Below are positions 1 to 9,810 of a DNA stretch of 64,000 bases, in pieces. The translations under genes were made by a program, and so were the position numbers. Below the pieces are notes generated by a model. It did not search any database. It saw only the letters and a program-made list of their open reading frames with translations, and was not told the DNA's origin. How positions within the stretch are numbered: position 1 is the first letter of the stretch; the number at the start of each line of letters is the position of its first letter. The DNA is from Oligoflexales bacterium (GTDB taxonomy: Bacteria > Myxococcota_A > UBA9042 > DTJE01), in assembly GCA_012840965.1 (NCBI GenBank), contig DUVQ01000009.1, positions 10,694 through 74,693 on the forward strand, given 5' to 3'.

Positions 1-439
1 GGAGAAACGGGACTTCAGGTTTTGCGTATACTTCCGAACGGCTGAATCCAAACAGGGAAAGCAGTCCAACTCTACCGGCTAATGACTCGCTGACATTCTT
101 CATCATTCTAAACATTTGCGAACCTGTAAGATAATATTGGCCTGGTTTTCTGTTTTCATCGACTTGGATTTTTATGTACACAAGAAGTTCCGGCGCATAT
201 TGTATTTCATCGATTATCACCGGTGTCTGATATTGTTGAAGAAAGAGCTCAGGGTCGTTTTTCGCCAGATTTCGTATTCTCGGATAGTCCAAAGTAACAT
301 AAGTAACATTCTCTCGCGATCCGAAAGTTTCTTTTACCAATGTGGTCTTACCGGTCTGTCTCGCTCCTGAAACGACAACTACGGGGAAATGGGCAGCCAA
401 GTATTTTAGTTGAGATTCAATTTTACGCTCTATATACAT
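1..439 (-). CDS. AAA_14/DUF4143-type ATP-binding protein, 3' end outside the window
   Basis: Hand translation from ATG at 439: MYIERKIESQL...VVVSGARQTGKTTLV (Walker A)...PVIIDEIQYAPEL (Walker B)...YYLTGSQ...ESLAGRV. No stop before position 1, so it is not in the ORF track. Confidence 0.9.
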   Translation of the reverse strand, partial: MYIERKIESQLKYLAAHFPVVVVSGARQTGKTTLVKETFGSRENVTYVTLDYPRIRNLAKNDPELFLQQYQTPVIIDEIQYAPELLVYIKIQVDENRKPGQYYLTGSQMFRMMKNVSESLAGRVGLLSLFGFSRSEVYAKPEVPFL

Positions 440-649
440 GAGTGAGCCTCCTTATACGCCTAAGTTATAGTGTAAAACGGAAGCCGAATCAATACATTTT
501 CGGAGTGGCGCTCCAAAAATGTATACTTTTATTTCAGTTGGATATTCCTTTGTCCCATGGTACATTTCCCGCGCTTTTGAAACCGGCTTGCTGCTTTGGT
601 GGGCCTGTTTGGTCATGGTTGTAAAACCTGTGAAAATAATGGTGGAAAA

Positions 650-1897
650 ATGGAAAAACTAGCGCTGTTTGGTGGCACTCCTGTCAGAGAGGGCGGATTT
701 GCACCCTGGCCTCAGTATGATGAGCGGGAAAAAGAATACTTGCTTAAGGCTCTTGAATCGCGTCGTTGGGGTGGATATCCATATCCGTCTCCCTTGTCTC
801 TTGAATTTGGGCGACGATTTGCAGAGTACCACGGTGCCAAATATTGTCTCCCAGCCGCTAACGGTACGGTAACCTTGGAAATTGCTCTGCATGCAGCTGG
901 TCTAAAAGCTGGCGATGAAGTCATCGTTCCGGCCATCACCTTTGCGGCAACTGCCGCCGCGGCAGTCCGCCAAAACGGCGTACCAGTGTTTGTCGACATT
1001 GAAGAGCGCAACTACTGCATGGACCCAGACGCCTTTGAAGCGGCAATCACGCCAAAAACCAAGGCAGTAATTCCAGTGCATCTCGGCGCATCAATCGCTG
1101 ACATGGACCGGATCATGGAAATCGCCAAAAAGCACAACCTGATTGTTATCGAAGACTGTGCACACGCCCATGGTGCCCAATGGAAGGGCCAAGGCGTTGG
1201 ATCTATTGGCGATTTAGGCTCTTTTAGCTTCCAATCCTCCAAACTGATGACCTCTGGCGAAGGTGGCTGCATCACGACTAATGACGATATTTTGCGCCAA
1301 AAGGTGATGAGCTTGATTAACTGCGGACGCAAAGGTCCTGGCTACGACGGCTATGAAGGGCAGTTGTTTACTGGCAACTACCGGCTGTCTGAGCTGCAAA
1401 TAGCCGTTTTAATGGGCCAAATGGACCGCCTTGACGAGGTCACCAAGGCTAGAGCCGAGATGCATGACTACTTCAAAAAAGTGCTCCACTCTGAAGTTAA
1501 GGGCCTGACTGTGTTGGAAACAGACCCAAGGACCACCAGAAAGTCGGCTTACCAGACCATCATGAAGTACAACAGCGAGGCCTTTGCTGGCGTTCACCGT
1601 GATCGTTTCTTGGAAGCCCTTGAAAAAGAAGGCGTCGAGCTGGACGGGGAATTCTATACCCCCTTGTACCACGAGCCGATTATGAACGCCCTTTCTGACG
1701 AATATCCTGCATTACGTGACCGCTATGGCGAGGGAATCTTGTTCAACAAGGACATTTCCTGCCCAGTAGCCGAAAAGATGTCGTATGAGCAGGGAATCTG
1801 GATGCACTATTCCTATCTGTCGGGAACGAAAAAGGATGTTGAAGACATTGTGGCAGCAATAGCAAAGGTCCAACGTCTGGCCAGCGATTTGCGTTAA
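650..1897 (+). CDS. DegT/DnrJ/EryC1/StrS PLP-dependent aminotransferase, AHBA-synthase (RifK)/aminocyclitol aminotransferase-like
   Basis: Motifs WPQYD, NGTVTL, VIPVHL, EDCAHAHGA, SFSFQSSKLMTSGEGG (PLP lysine), GNYRLSE. Start placed at MEKLALFGG. Confidence 0.92.
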   Translation: MEKLALFGGTPVREGGFAPWPQYDEREKEYLLKALESRRWGGYPYPSPLSLEFGRRFAEYHGAKYCLPAANGTVTLEIALHAAGLKAGDEVIVPAITFAATAAAAVRQNGVPVFVDIEERNYCMDPDAFEAAITPKTKAVIPVHLGASIADMDRIMEIAKKHNLIVIEDCAHAHGAQWKGQGVGSIGDLGSFSFQSSKLMTSGEGGCITTNDDILRQKVMSLINCGRKGPGYDGYEGQLFTGNYRLSELQIAVLMGQMDRLDEVTKARAEMHDYFKKVLHSEVKGLTVLETDPRTTRKSAYQTIMKYNSEAFAGVHRDRFLEALEKEGVELDGEFYTPLYHEPIMNALSDEYPALRDRYGEGILFNKDISCPVAEKMSYEQGIWMHYSYLSGTKKDVEDIVAAIAKVQRLASDLR

Positions 1898-1966
1898 GAT
1901 CCTGGCTGATGGCCGCACCCAAAAGCTGCTCAATCACTGTTTTCGATAAGTAATCTGGAGGCTGAT

Positions 1967-3067
1967 ATGGAAACATTACGCTTTGGTTTGATAGGCGCCG
2001 GATTCATCTCTAAGACACACTTGGATGCCTTGAGAACCATCCCAAACGTTGAGGTTGTTGCGATTGCCGACCTTGACGTTGAAAGGGGCACAAAGTTCGC
2101 TAACGACTATGGCGTGCCAAAGTTTTACCCATCCCACAAGGCGATGCTTGAGGACCCAGCCGTTGATGGTGTGGTGATTGGGATACCAAACAAATTCCAC
2201 GCTCCAGTTGCAATTGACGCGCTAAATGCTGGTCGCCATGTCATCTGTGAAAAGCCGCTGGCGCTTACGATTGATGACGCCGAGGCAATGATTAACCTGG
2301 CGAAAGAAAAAGGATTAGTGCTTGGATACGCTGAGGAACTGTGCTTTGCTCCAAAGTTTGTCAGGGCCAAGCAATTGATGGAGACCGGCGGCATCGGAAA
2401 GCCATACCTACTGCGCCAATGTGAAAAGCACGCTGGCCCCTATTCACCATGGTTTTGGCAGCCAGAACTGGCTGGCGGCGGAATCTTGATGGACATGGGC
2501 TGTCATTCGATTGAATGTATCCGCTGGGCGCTTGGTAAGCCCAAAGTCAAATCAGTTCTCGCGCACATGGGAACTTATCTGCACAAGGATGAGACCAAAC
2601 AAGAAGACCACGTGATAATCATTATGGAATTTGAAGATGGCACCATTGGCCAAGCCGAATCCTCTTGGGCCTTGAAAGGCGGGATGGACAGCACCCTCGA
2701 AATCTTTGGCACCGAAGGCGTTATTTATGCCGACCTTTTAAAGGGCAGTTCGCTTAAGACTTTTTCGGAAAAGGGCTTTCCAGGGGAAGATGATTCCCAA
2801 GGATGGGCTCACCCAGATTTTGAATGGCTATGGAACAATGGTTATCCCCAAGAAGACAAGCACTTTGTTGACTGCATGAGAACGGGCAAAACCCCAATTG
2901 AGTCTGGCATTGACGGGCTGGAAGTACTTGAAATCATGTTGGCAGCCTATCACTCCGCCGGCATCGGCCAAAAAGTCAACCTGCCATTTAGACCCAGAGA
3001 CGTCAAGGTACCTGTTGACTTGTGGATAAACCCACGTCCAGAACTTGGCGTCGGCCCGATTCCATAA
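1967..3067 (+). CDS. Gfo/Idh/MocA NAD(P)-dependent oxidoreductase
   Basis: GLIGAGFIS Rossmann motif, HVICEKPLA, GGGILMDMGCH; GGAGG RBS. Confidence 0.93.
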   Translation: METLRFGLIGAGFISKTHLDALRTIPNVEVVAIADLDVERGTKFANDYGVPKFYPSHKAMLEDPAVDGVVIGIPNKFHAPVAIDALNAGRHVICEKPLALTIDDAEAMINLAKEKGLVLGYAEELCFAPKFVRAKQLMETGGIGKPYLLRQCEKHAGPYSPWFWQPELAGGGILMDMGCHSIECIRWALGKPKVKSVLAHMGTYLHKDETKQEDHVIIIMEFEDGTIGQAESSWALKGGMDSTLEIFGTEGVIYADLLKGSSLKTFSEKGFPGEDDSQGWAHPDFEWLWNNGYPQEDKHFVDCMRTGKTPIESGIDGLEVLEIMLAAYHSAGIGQKVNLPFRPRDVKVPVDLWINPRPELGVGPIP

Positions 3068-3192
3068 ATTGTTTTTCAGGTCGACCTAAAACCGACGTCT
3101 AATCAATGCCTAATTGTTTTTGGGCTGAGGCTCTTTTCAACTCGTTCACCTTGTGATAGGGTTTTGCCACCTGTTTTCTGGGGATCGGATAG

Positions 3193-3684
3193 ATGGACCT
3201 CAAGGCTAGGTTGGATCAGATGGCCGCAGGGCGTGCCCGTGAGCGCCATCAGGGGAAACGTCGTTCTCGGACTATCGCCGCAAGGCGCCTGGGACGCGTC
3301 GATTTCTCGGATGGCATTCAGTGGGATGAGGAACTGGAAGCTCTACGTCCTAAAACTAGGGCTGATTGTAAAGATGGGGAACGTCCATGTCCTTGGGTGG
3401 GGTGTAAGTACCATCTTTGGATGGATGTGAATCCTAAAACAGGGTCAATCAAAATTAATTTTCCGGACATTGAACCAGACGAGATGGCTATTTCGTGCGT
3501 GCTCGATGTTGCAGACATGGGTCCTGTAACCCTTGAGGAAGTTGGACAAATCATGAATCTGACCAGGGAGCGCATTCGCCAATTGGAAGCCGGCGCCTCC
3601 GAAAAGATACGGACAACCAAGCTCGCTGTGGAGTATCGCGAGTATTCGATCGAGGGAAAGTCTTACCGCCGAGACCCTACCTAA
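3193..3684 (+). CDS. Small DNA-binding protein: Cys/His cluster plus sigma-70 region 4 HTH
   Basis: C-terminal [20 protein letters not shown] is a typical region 4.2; upstream RPKTRADC...[12 protein letters not shown]...SCVLD. No sigma region 2. Confidence 0.8.
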   Translation: MDLKARLDQMAAGRARERHQGKRRSRTIAARRLGRVDFSDGIQWDEELEALRPKTRADCKDGERPCPWVGCKYHLWMDVNPKTGSIKINFPDIEPDEMAISCVLDVADMGPVTLEEVGQIMNLTRERIRQLEAGASEKIRTTKLAVEYREYSIEGKSYRRDPT

Positions 3685-3774
3685 ACACTAAACTTAGTCG
3701 TCTATTACAGACCACTTACCTTGAAAGCATTCGTGCAGCCTAGTATAATTGCGAGGCTTTTGTTGGGGGCGTTC

Positions 3775-6700
3775 GTGTATCTGAAAACCAGATATTTCCT
3801 TGTATATTCCATGATTTTGGCTTTCATGGCTTGCTCCGGTGGTGGGGAGCATGATGTTGATATTGTCAGACCAGGCGATTCAGGCAAGCAAGACCTGATG
3901 GAGGACAGCGAAATCCCCGTAGTTATACCTGATGATGGTCGTCCAGACACGCCACCTGACCCAGACGTTGAGGCCGATACAGATGACTGTGACGACTGCC
4001 TAGATGCCTTCGATGCCCATGATGAAACTGGCACCATCGAAGAAGGAACACCTGGGGCCCCATGCAGCGAAAACGACGAATGCCATTCTGGATTTTGTAT
4101 CGACTCACCCGGCGGGCGGGTCTGTGCCCGACTATGCGACTCTTCAACCGCCTGCCCAGATGGGACGCGATGTTTACAGGTCCAAGGTGAACCCGACGTT
4201 ATGTATGCCTGCGTGTATCTCTTCACCCGCCTTTGTCTGCCTTGTAATTCTGATATCTCGTGTGTAACCCCACTAGCTGTCGGGGCGCCAGCCTGTATGG
4301 GCGATGATGACGGGTGGTTTTGCGGCTCTCCTTGTGCAAGTGATGAAGACTGCCCCTCGACGCATCATTGCAGACTTGGAAAATCTATAGACAACGTTAA
4401 CACTAGGCAGTGCGTACCAAAAAGTGGCACTTGCCCCTGTACTCAAAGGGCCGTCGATGAAGGAATAAGAACTGCGTGCGCCATATCGAATGAGTTCGGC
4501 CGGTGCCCAGGAGAGCGTTATTGCCTTGATACGGGCCTTTCTGAGTGCTCGGCAATGATTCCAGTAGCCGAAATCTGTGATGGAATCGACAATGATTGCA
4601 ACGGCATTACAGACGACGTTGAACCTGTGGCATGCATGATAACTAACCGCTGGGGTTCATGCCCTGGTACAGCTAGGTGCTTAAATGGCAAGGACGATTG
4701 CTACGGAATCCCGCCTGAAAGGGAGGTTTGCAATGGAATCGACGACAACTGTGATGGACGGACCGACGAACAAGGTGCCATCGGCTGCATCAACTATCAC
4801 AAGGATCAGGACCAAGATGGCTACGGTTTAAGAGATGACGCCAAATGCCTCTGTGGGCCTGAATATCCATACACCGCAACTCCTAGAACAGATCGGGATT
4901 ATGACTGCGATGACAATAACGCCAATGTCCATCCAAACGCGGTGGAAATCTGCAATGGCATAGATGACAACTGTGACCAACGAATCGACGAGGAAAACGC
5001 ACAAGGATGCGAGATTTTCTATCGAGACCTAGACATGGATGGCTACGGTTTAAGCACTGATTTTCGTTGCCTTTGCGCTGGCAAGGGGTCTTACACGGCC
5101 ACATTGGATGGGGACTGCGATGACACCAATAACAAGGTGTATCCTGGTGCCATCGAACGCTGTAATGGTATAGACGACAACTGCGACGGACGTACGGACC
5201 CAGAGGGTTCTGCCGACTGCCAGCCATACTACTATGACGGGGATAGGGACGGCTACGGGACCGCTTCCAGACCTTCCAAATGCCTTTGTGGGCCTGAGTA
5301 TTCCAGCCGATACACTAGTCTCAACTCGAACGACTGTGATGACACCAACGCCGAGATTAACCCTGCAAGACCAGAGATCTGTGGTGACGGCATCGACAAC
5401 AACTGCAACGGCCAGACTGACGAAGACAACGCCCAAGGTTGTATCCTTCGCTATGAAGACAATGATGGCGACGGCTACGGAACTGGAAGTGGCTTGTGTA
5501 TTTGCGGCCTGCGCCCACCCTACACAGCTGACGTTGGTGGCGACTGTAATGATCTTAATAGAAACATCAACCCTGGCAAACCAGAGCTTTGTGGGGATGG
5601 CATTGATAACAATTGCAACGGGGACACCGACGAAGAAGGAGCTGTTGGCTGTGTCGACAGGTACTACGATTTTGACGGTGATGGCTACGGTGTTGGTGCC
5701 CCAAGATGTCTATGTGCCGACGAGGGTTACTATACCGCCCTCGAAGGAGGAGATTGTGATGATCACGAATCGTCGCTGAACCCAGGTCAACCAGAATTAT
5801 GTTTCGACGGCATTGATAACAACTGCAATGGCAAGACTGATGAAGAAGGGGCCCAGGGATGTGAGATTTATTACGCTGATCGTGACAACGACGGTTATGG
5901 AAACCCTTCGGATTCCAAGTGTCTATGCAGCCCAACGGACGTTTATACATCCCGTAACAACCGGGATTGTGATGACACAAACAAAGATGTAAACCCCGAT
6001 ATGCCAGAACTATGTGGTGATAACATCGACAACAACTGTAACGGCAAAACTGATGAAGAAGGGGCTCAAGGGTGTGTGGACTTCTACTATGATGGGGATG
6101 GCGACAATTATGGCGCCCTTGGTTCCACACCGCGATGCCTATGTGGGCCTGACGTGGCTGGAAAGTTCACGGCCACACTAGAAGGCGACTGTAACGACTC
6201 AAACCCGGCCATCAATCCTGGAGCCCGGGAAATCTGTGAACCAGAGGGGGTGCCACCTGTTGACGACAACTGTAATGGCCTGTTGAACGAAGAAAACGCG
6301 GTCGGCTGTGTCAGCTACTACTATGACGGTGATGGTGACGGTCGTGGCTCCAACCCAGACCAGCCAAAGTGCTTCTGCCGTGGAGGCAACCCAGCTATTA
6401 AATACACCAGCCTCTATTCCGATGACTGTAACGACAATGACCCTGAAATGGCGCCGGGCCTTGAAGAAAAGTGTGATGGCAAGGACAACGATTGCGACGG
6501 TTTCACGGATGAAGAAGGAGCTATTGGTTGCGACATTTACTATAAAGATCACGACCAAGATGGCTACGGTAACGATATCGACTTCAAGTGTCTTTGCTCG
6601 CCAGACCTGCTCAACCGTTACACAGCCACCGAGGCCGGAGACTGCGACGACGAAAACAGCGCGATTCATCCAGGGGCCTCAGTCTGTGGCATAGACGCTG

Positions 6701-7932
6701 ACTGCGATGGCAATTTCCTTGACCCAGGCGAAGAGTGTGATGATGGCAACACCATCGCTTGGGACGGTTGCACCAACTGCCAAATAACCGAGTTCAGAGT
6801 CAACTACAACGCATCTATGGACCAGTGGATGCCAGCGGTTGCACCTGTTGCTAACGGCAACTATGCGGTAATTTTCCAGTCCTGGCAGGCATTGAAGGAT
6901 GAAGAGATTGCCTTGAGATTTGTTGACGCCACTGGAAAACCCCAAGGAAACAATGACATATGGGTAAACTCGTTTAAAGACAATCCACAAACAGCACCCC
7001 ATATTGCGGTGTTACCAAATGGAAACTTGGTTGCGGTATGGGAATCAACCGGCCAGGATAGCCAAGGTAAGGCTGTGATTTTACAAAGGTTAACGCCAAC
7101 AGGAACCAAGATTGGTGGCGAGATACTCGTAAACTCCTTCACTCAGTACGATCAAAGACGTCCGTCGGTTGCGGCCCTCCCAGATAACGGATTTGTGGTG
7201 GTTTGGCAGTCCTATCTGCAAGATGGTGATAATAATGGGATAGTTGCCAGGCGCTTTAACGCGGATGGATCTTTTAATGGTAGTGAATTCGTGGTCAACC
7301 AGACAACGGCTGGGGTCCAGGATTCTCCCAGAATTCTGGGCCTTGATGATGGAGGCTTCATCATTGTGTGGCGTTCTGCAGTAAGTCGCGGTCCTGGCGT
7401 TAGCGACTACGATATATTCATGCGCCTCTACAACAATGAGGGGGCTGCTATAGGTGGTGAACAGCTTGTAAACACCACTACGACCAAGAATCAATCCAAC
7501 CCCTCAATAGCCCAGATTACCAATAATCAGTACGTGGTTGTTTGGGATTCAGAGGACCAAGACGGGTCTGGGCTTGGCATCTATGGGCAGCGTTTTACCC
7601 TTTATGGTACAGAACACGGCCCAGAGTTTAGGATAAACAGCACCACTATTAGCGATCAGGCCCAACCTGTCGTTGCTGGGTTCCCCTCCACAGGAAGGTG
7701 GGTTGTGTTGTGGCGCTCCAATGCTCAAGACGGTTCAGGCCAGGGGACCTACGCACAACGGTTTTACGGTCCTGCAGCTTATGCTGGCGAATTCAGGGTT
7801 CACGAGTTTACGACCAGTGACCAGTGGTACCCAGCTGCGGCATGCCATGCAGATCAATTCCTTGTGACCTGGTCCTCGTATGCACAGGACGGCTCAGGTT
7901 ACGGGGTTTATGGCCGACTGTTTAGCTGGTGA
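3775..7932 (+). CDS. Large Cys/Asp-rich surface lipoprotein with tandem MopE-like metal-binding repeats and C-terminal propeller-like repeats
   Basis: Lipobox-like LAFMAC; many ExCxGIDxNCxG repeats alternating with YxDxDxDGYG and DCDD..NP; one ECDDGN..DGC Myxococcus-type Cys repeat; C-terminal VN..Q..P.VA....FVVVW.S..QDG units. Start uncertain (GTG 3775 or ATG 3811). Confidence 0.85.
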   Translation: MYLKTRYFLVYSMILAFMACSGGGEHDVDIVRPGDSGKQDLMEDSEIPVVIPDDGRPDTPPDPDVEADTDDCDDCLDAFDAHDETGTIEEGTPGAPCSENDECHSGFCIDSPGGRVCARLCDSSTACPDGTRCLQVQGEPDVMYACVYLFTRLCLPCNSDISCVTPLAVGAPACMGDDDGWFCGSPCASDEDCPSTHHCRLGKSIDNVNTRQCVPKSGTCPCTQRAVDEGIRTACAISNEFGRCPGERYCLDTGLSECSAMIPVAEICDGIDNDCNGITDDVEPVACMITNRWGSCPGTARCLNGKDDCYGIPPEREVCNGIDDNCDGRTDEQGAIGCINYHKDQDQDGYGLRDDAKCLCGPEYPYTATPRTDRDYDCDDNNANVHPNAVEICNGIDDNCDQRIDEENAQGCEIFYRDLDMDGYGLSTDFRCLCAGKGSYTATLDGDCDDTNNKVYPGAIERCNGIDDNCDGRTDPEGSADCQPYYYDGDRDGYGTASRPSKCLCGPEYSSRYTSLNSNDCDDTNAEINPARPEICGDGIDNNCNGQTDEDNAQGCILRYEDNDGDGYGTGSGLCICGLRPPYTADVGGDCNDLNRNINPGKPELCGDGIDNNCNGDTDEEGAVGCVDRYYDFDGDGYGVGAPRCLCADEGYYTALEGGDCDDHESSLNPGQPELCFDGIDNNCNGKTDEEGAQGCEIYYADRDNDGYGNPSDSKCLCSPTDVYTSRNNRDCDDTNKDVNPDMPELCGDNIDNNCNGKTDEEGAQGCVDFYYDGDGDNYGALGSTPRCLCGPDVAGKFTATLEGDCNDSNPAINPGAREICEPEGVPPVDDNCNGLLNEENAVGCVSYYYDGDGDGRGSNPDQPKCFCRGGNPAIKYTSLYSDDCNDNDPEMAPGLEEKCDGKDNDCDGFTDEEGAIGCDIYYKDHDQDGYGNDIDFKCLCSPDLLNRYTATEAGDCDDENSAIHPGASVCGIDADCDGNFLDPGEECDDGNTIAWDGCTNCQITEFRVNYNASMDQWMPAVAPVANGNYAVIFQSWQALKDEEIALRFVDATGKPQGNNDIWVNSFKDNPQTAPHIAVLPNGNLVAVWESTGQDSQGKAVILQRLTPTGTKIGGEILVNSFTQYDQRRPSVAALPDNGFVVVWQSYLQDGDNNGIVARRFNADGSFNGSEFVVNQTTAGVQDSPRILGLDDGGFIIVWRSAVSRGPGVSDYDIFMRLYNNEGAAIGGEQLVNTTTTKNQSNPSIAQITNNQYVVVWDSEDQDGSGLGIYGQRFTLYGTEHGPEFRINSTTISDQAQPVVAGFPSTGRWVVLWRSNAQDGSGQGTYAQRFYGPAAYAGEFRVHEFTTSDQWYPAAACHADQFLVTWSSYAQDGSGYGVYGRLFSW

Positions 7933-7958
7933 TAGGCCCTAAAATTCAACGGTAATCG

Positions 7959-8423
7959 TTATTTTACTGGTTTGGGCTTAGGCTCTGAGGCTGGCTTTGC
8001 CTTTGGGGCGGCCTTTGGCTTATCGGCCTTTGGGGCGGCCTTTGGGGCGGCCTTTGGCTTGGCGGCTTTTGGGGCGGCCTTGGGAGCAGCCTTCGGAGCC
8101 GCTTTGGGGGCAGCCTTCTCTGGCTTCGGCTCGGCGGCCTCCGCTTCCTTTGCCTTGGCAAGTTCAGCTTGCAAATCAGCTACTTCCGCTTCCAATGACT
8201 TCACCACTGCACGCAAAGATGACAGCTCATCACGGGTGACCAGCTCCAAAGTTCTGGCCACCAGCTTGATTTGCGCCTCCATGTTTTGCCGCATGTCGGC
8301 TTGGAAGTTTAACGCCTGGGAAAGCAGCGTTTGAACACGCTGATCGGATAGAATCTTTAGAGCCATTGGTGAAAACTTCTCTAAAACTGCCTTTATAACC
8401 ACTTCACGCCATATATCAGACAT
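7959..8423 (-). CDS. Phasin/PhaF-like coiled-coil protein with histone-H1-like AAPK tail
   Basis: AAGGAG RBS before ATG 8423; LELVTRDELSSLRAVVKSLEAEVADL coiled coil, then (KAAP)n repeats. Confidence 0.6.
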   Translation of the reverse strand: MSDIWREVVIKAVLEKFSPMALKILSDQRVQTLLSQALNFQADMRQNMEAQIKLVARTLELVTRDELSSLRAVVKSLEAEVADLQAELAKAKEAEAAEPKPEKAAPKAAPKAAPKAAPKAAKPKAAPKAAPKADKPKAAPKAKPASEPKPKPVK

Positions 8424-8544
8424 CGATACAACTCCTTGAAAAAGCGCCCATTGGATGATCAACCGTTTGAGAGAACTTGTCAAATCAGGCTGTAAATTCA
8501 AAGTGGCAAACTTCAAGTAACATTAGGATTATTAGCGAAAGTTA

Positions 8545-8572
8545 TTGACAGAGCGTCATTCGGGAATAGAAT
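8545..8572 (+). promoter_or_regulatory. Putative sigma-70 promoter of gap
   Basis: TTGACA (8545-8550), 16 bp, TAGAAT (8567-8572). Confidence 0.55.
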
Positions 8573-8638
8573 CCGTGACCGTCAGGGTTCGAGTTATTCG
8601 AATTCATGCTGATGTCTTTTCGATATGGAGTGTTTGGA

Positions 8639-9688
8639 ATGAGTAAAGTAATCAGAATCGGAATAAATGGCTTTGGGCGAATTGGACGTCTGGTGGCCAG
8701 AGCGGCCATTGAGCAAGGTGGATTTGAGGTTGTTGCGATCAACGATTTGATCGATCCAAAAAATTATGCCAAGGGTGTCAGATTTAATGCCAAGCTGTTT
8801 GAGTTTGACTCTGCCCATGGCCGTTTCCCTGGGACTGTCGAATATAACGACACCCAAATTATCATCAATGGTAAGCCCGCGGATTTTCTGTCTTTCAGGT
8901 CTCCTGAGGAGATTCCATGGGCCAAGTACGACGTCGATTTTGTCGTTGAAGCCACTGGTGTTTTCCGCAATCGCGCCCAGATTGAAGGCCATCTGAAGGC
9001 TGGTGCCAAGAAAGTGTTGCTTACGGTCCCCCCAAAGGATGCGATTGATGCCCTGATTGTTCATGGGGTCAACGACGCGGATCTGAAGCCTGAGCACAAG
9101 CTGATCTCTAATGCTTCGTGTACAACGAACTGTCTGGCTCCAGTGGTTAAGGTTCTGCACGAAAAATTCGGGCTTGTGCGTGGTTTCATGACCACAGTTC
9201 ATGCCTACACCAACGACCAAAAAATCCTGGACCAGATTCACAGCAGCGACCTGCGAAGAGCTAGAACTGCCGCAGTTAACCTGATCCCGACGACAACTGG
9301 TGCTGCCAAGACAATTGGCAAAATTATTCCAGAACTTGAAGGCCGTCTGGATGGTCTGGCAGTCAGAGCCCCTGTACAAGATGGCTCTTTGGTTGACTTT
9401 GTGTGTGAGCTGGAAAGAATCCAGGTTCGCGATCCAAAGGAAATGATTAAGGAAATCAATGCAGCCATGAAGGAAGCTGCAGAAGGTCCAATGAAGGGTG
9501 TATTGGAATACTCAGAAGACGAACTGGTTTCCACTGATATCATTCATAACCCTGCTTCCTCTATCTTTGATGCGAATTCAACGATGGTCATGCCAAACAG
9601 CCGCATGGTTAAAGTGCTGGCTTGGTACGACAACGAGTGGGGTTACTCCTGCCGTTGCGTAGACCTAATGCGAATCGCCCAGAAGTAG
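8639..9688 (+). CDS. gap: Type I glyceraldehyde-3-phosphate dehydrogenase
   Basis: GINGFGRIGR, catalytic SNASCTTNCLAP, TTVHAYTNDQ, TTGAAK, WYDNEWGYS. Confidence 0.98.
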   Translation: MSKVIRIGINGFGRIGRLVARAAIEQGGFEVVAINDLIDPKNYAKGVRFNAKLFEFDSAHGRFPGTVEYNDTQIIINGKPADFLSFRSPEEIPWAKYDVDFVVEATGVFRNRAQIEGHLKAGAKKVLLTVPPKDAIDALIVHGVNDADLKPEHKLISNASCTTNCLAPVVKVLHEKFGLVRGFMTTVHAYTNDQKILDQIHSSDLRRARTAAVNLIPTTTGAAKTIGKIIPELEGRLDGLAVRAPVQDGSLVDFVCELERIQVRDPKEMIKEINAAMKEAAEGPMKGVLEYSEDELVSTDIIHNPASSIFDANSTMVMPNSRMVKVLAWYDNEWGYSCRCVDLMRIAQK

Positions 9689-9690
9689 TT

Positions 9691-9731
9691 CAGCCCAGCC
9701 CGCCCTGGCCATGCCCCCGTCCCTGCCCCCC
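9691..9731 (+). repeat. C-rich short-repeat tract after the gap stop
   Basis: cagcccagcccgccctggccatgcccccgtccctgcccccc, with six tracts of >=3 C. Confidence 0.55.
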
Positions 9732-9810
9732 GGGATACACGCTTACCATAACCGGTAAAACAGGATACAATCCGCGCAGCTCTTTGTTAGAAACCAAAGG
9801 AAAAGCGGTC

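Noticed and set aside
8740-8800. Short insertions in GAPDH (DPKNYAKGVRF; later IQVRDPKE)
   Set aside because: Catalytic motifs are intact; these are probably lineage-specific loops with no evidence of altered function.
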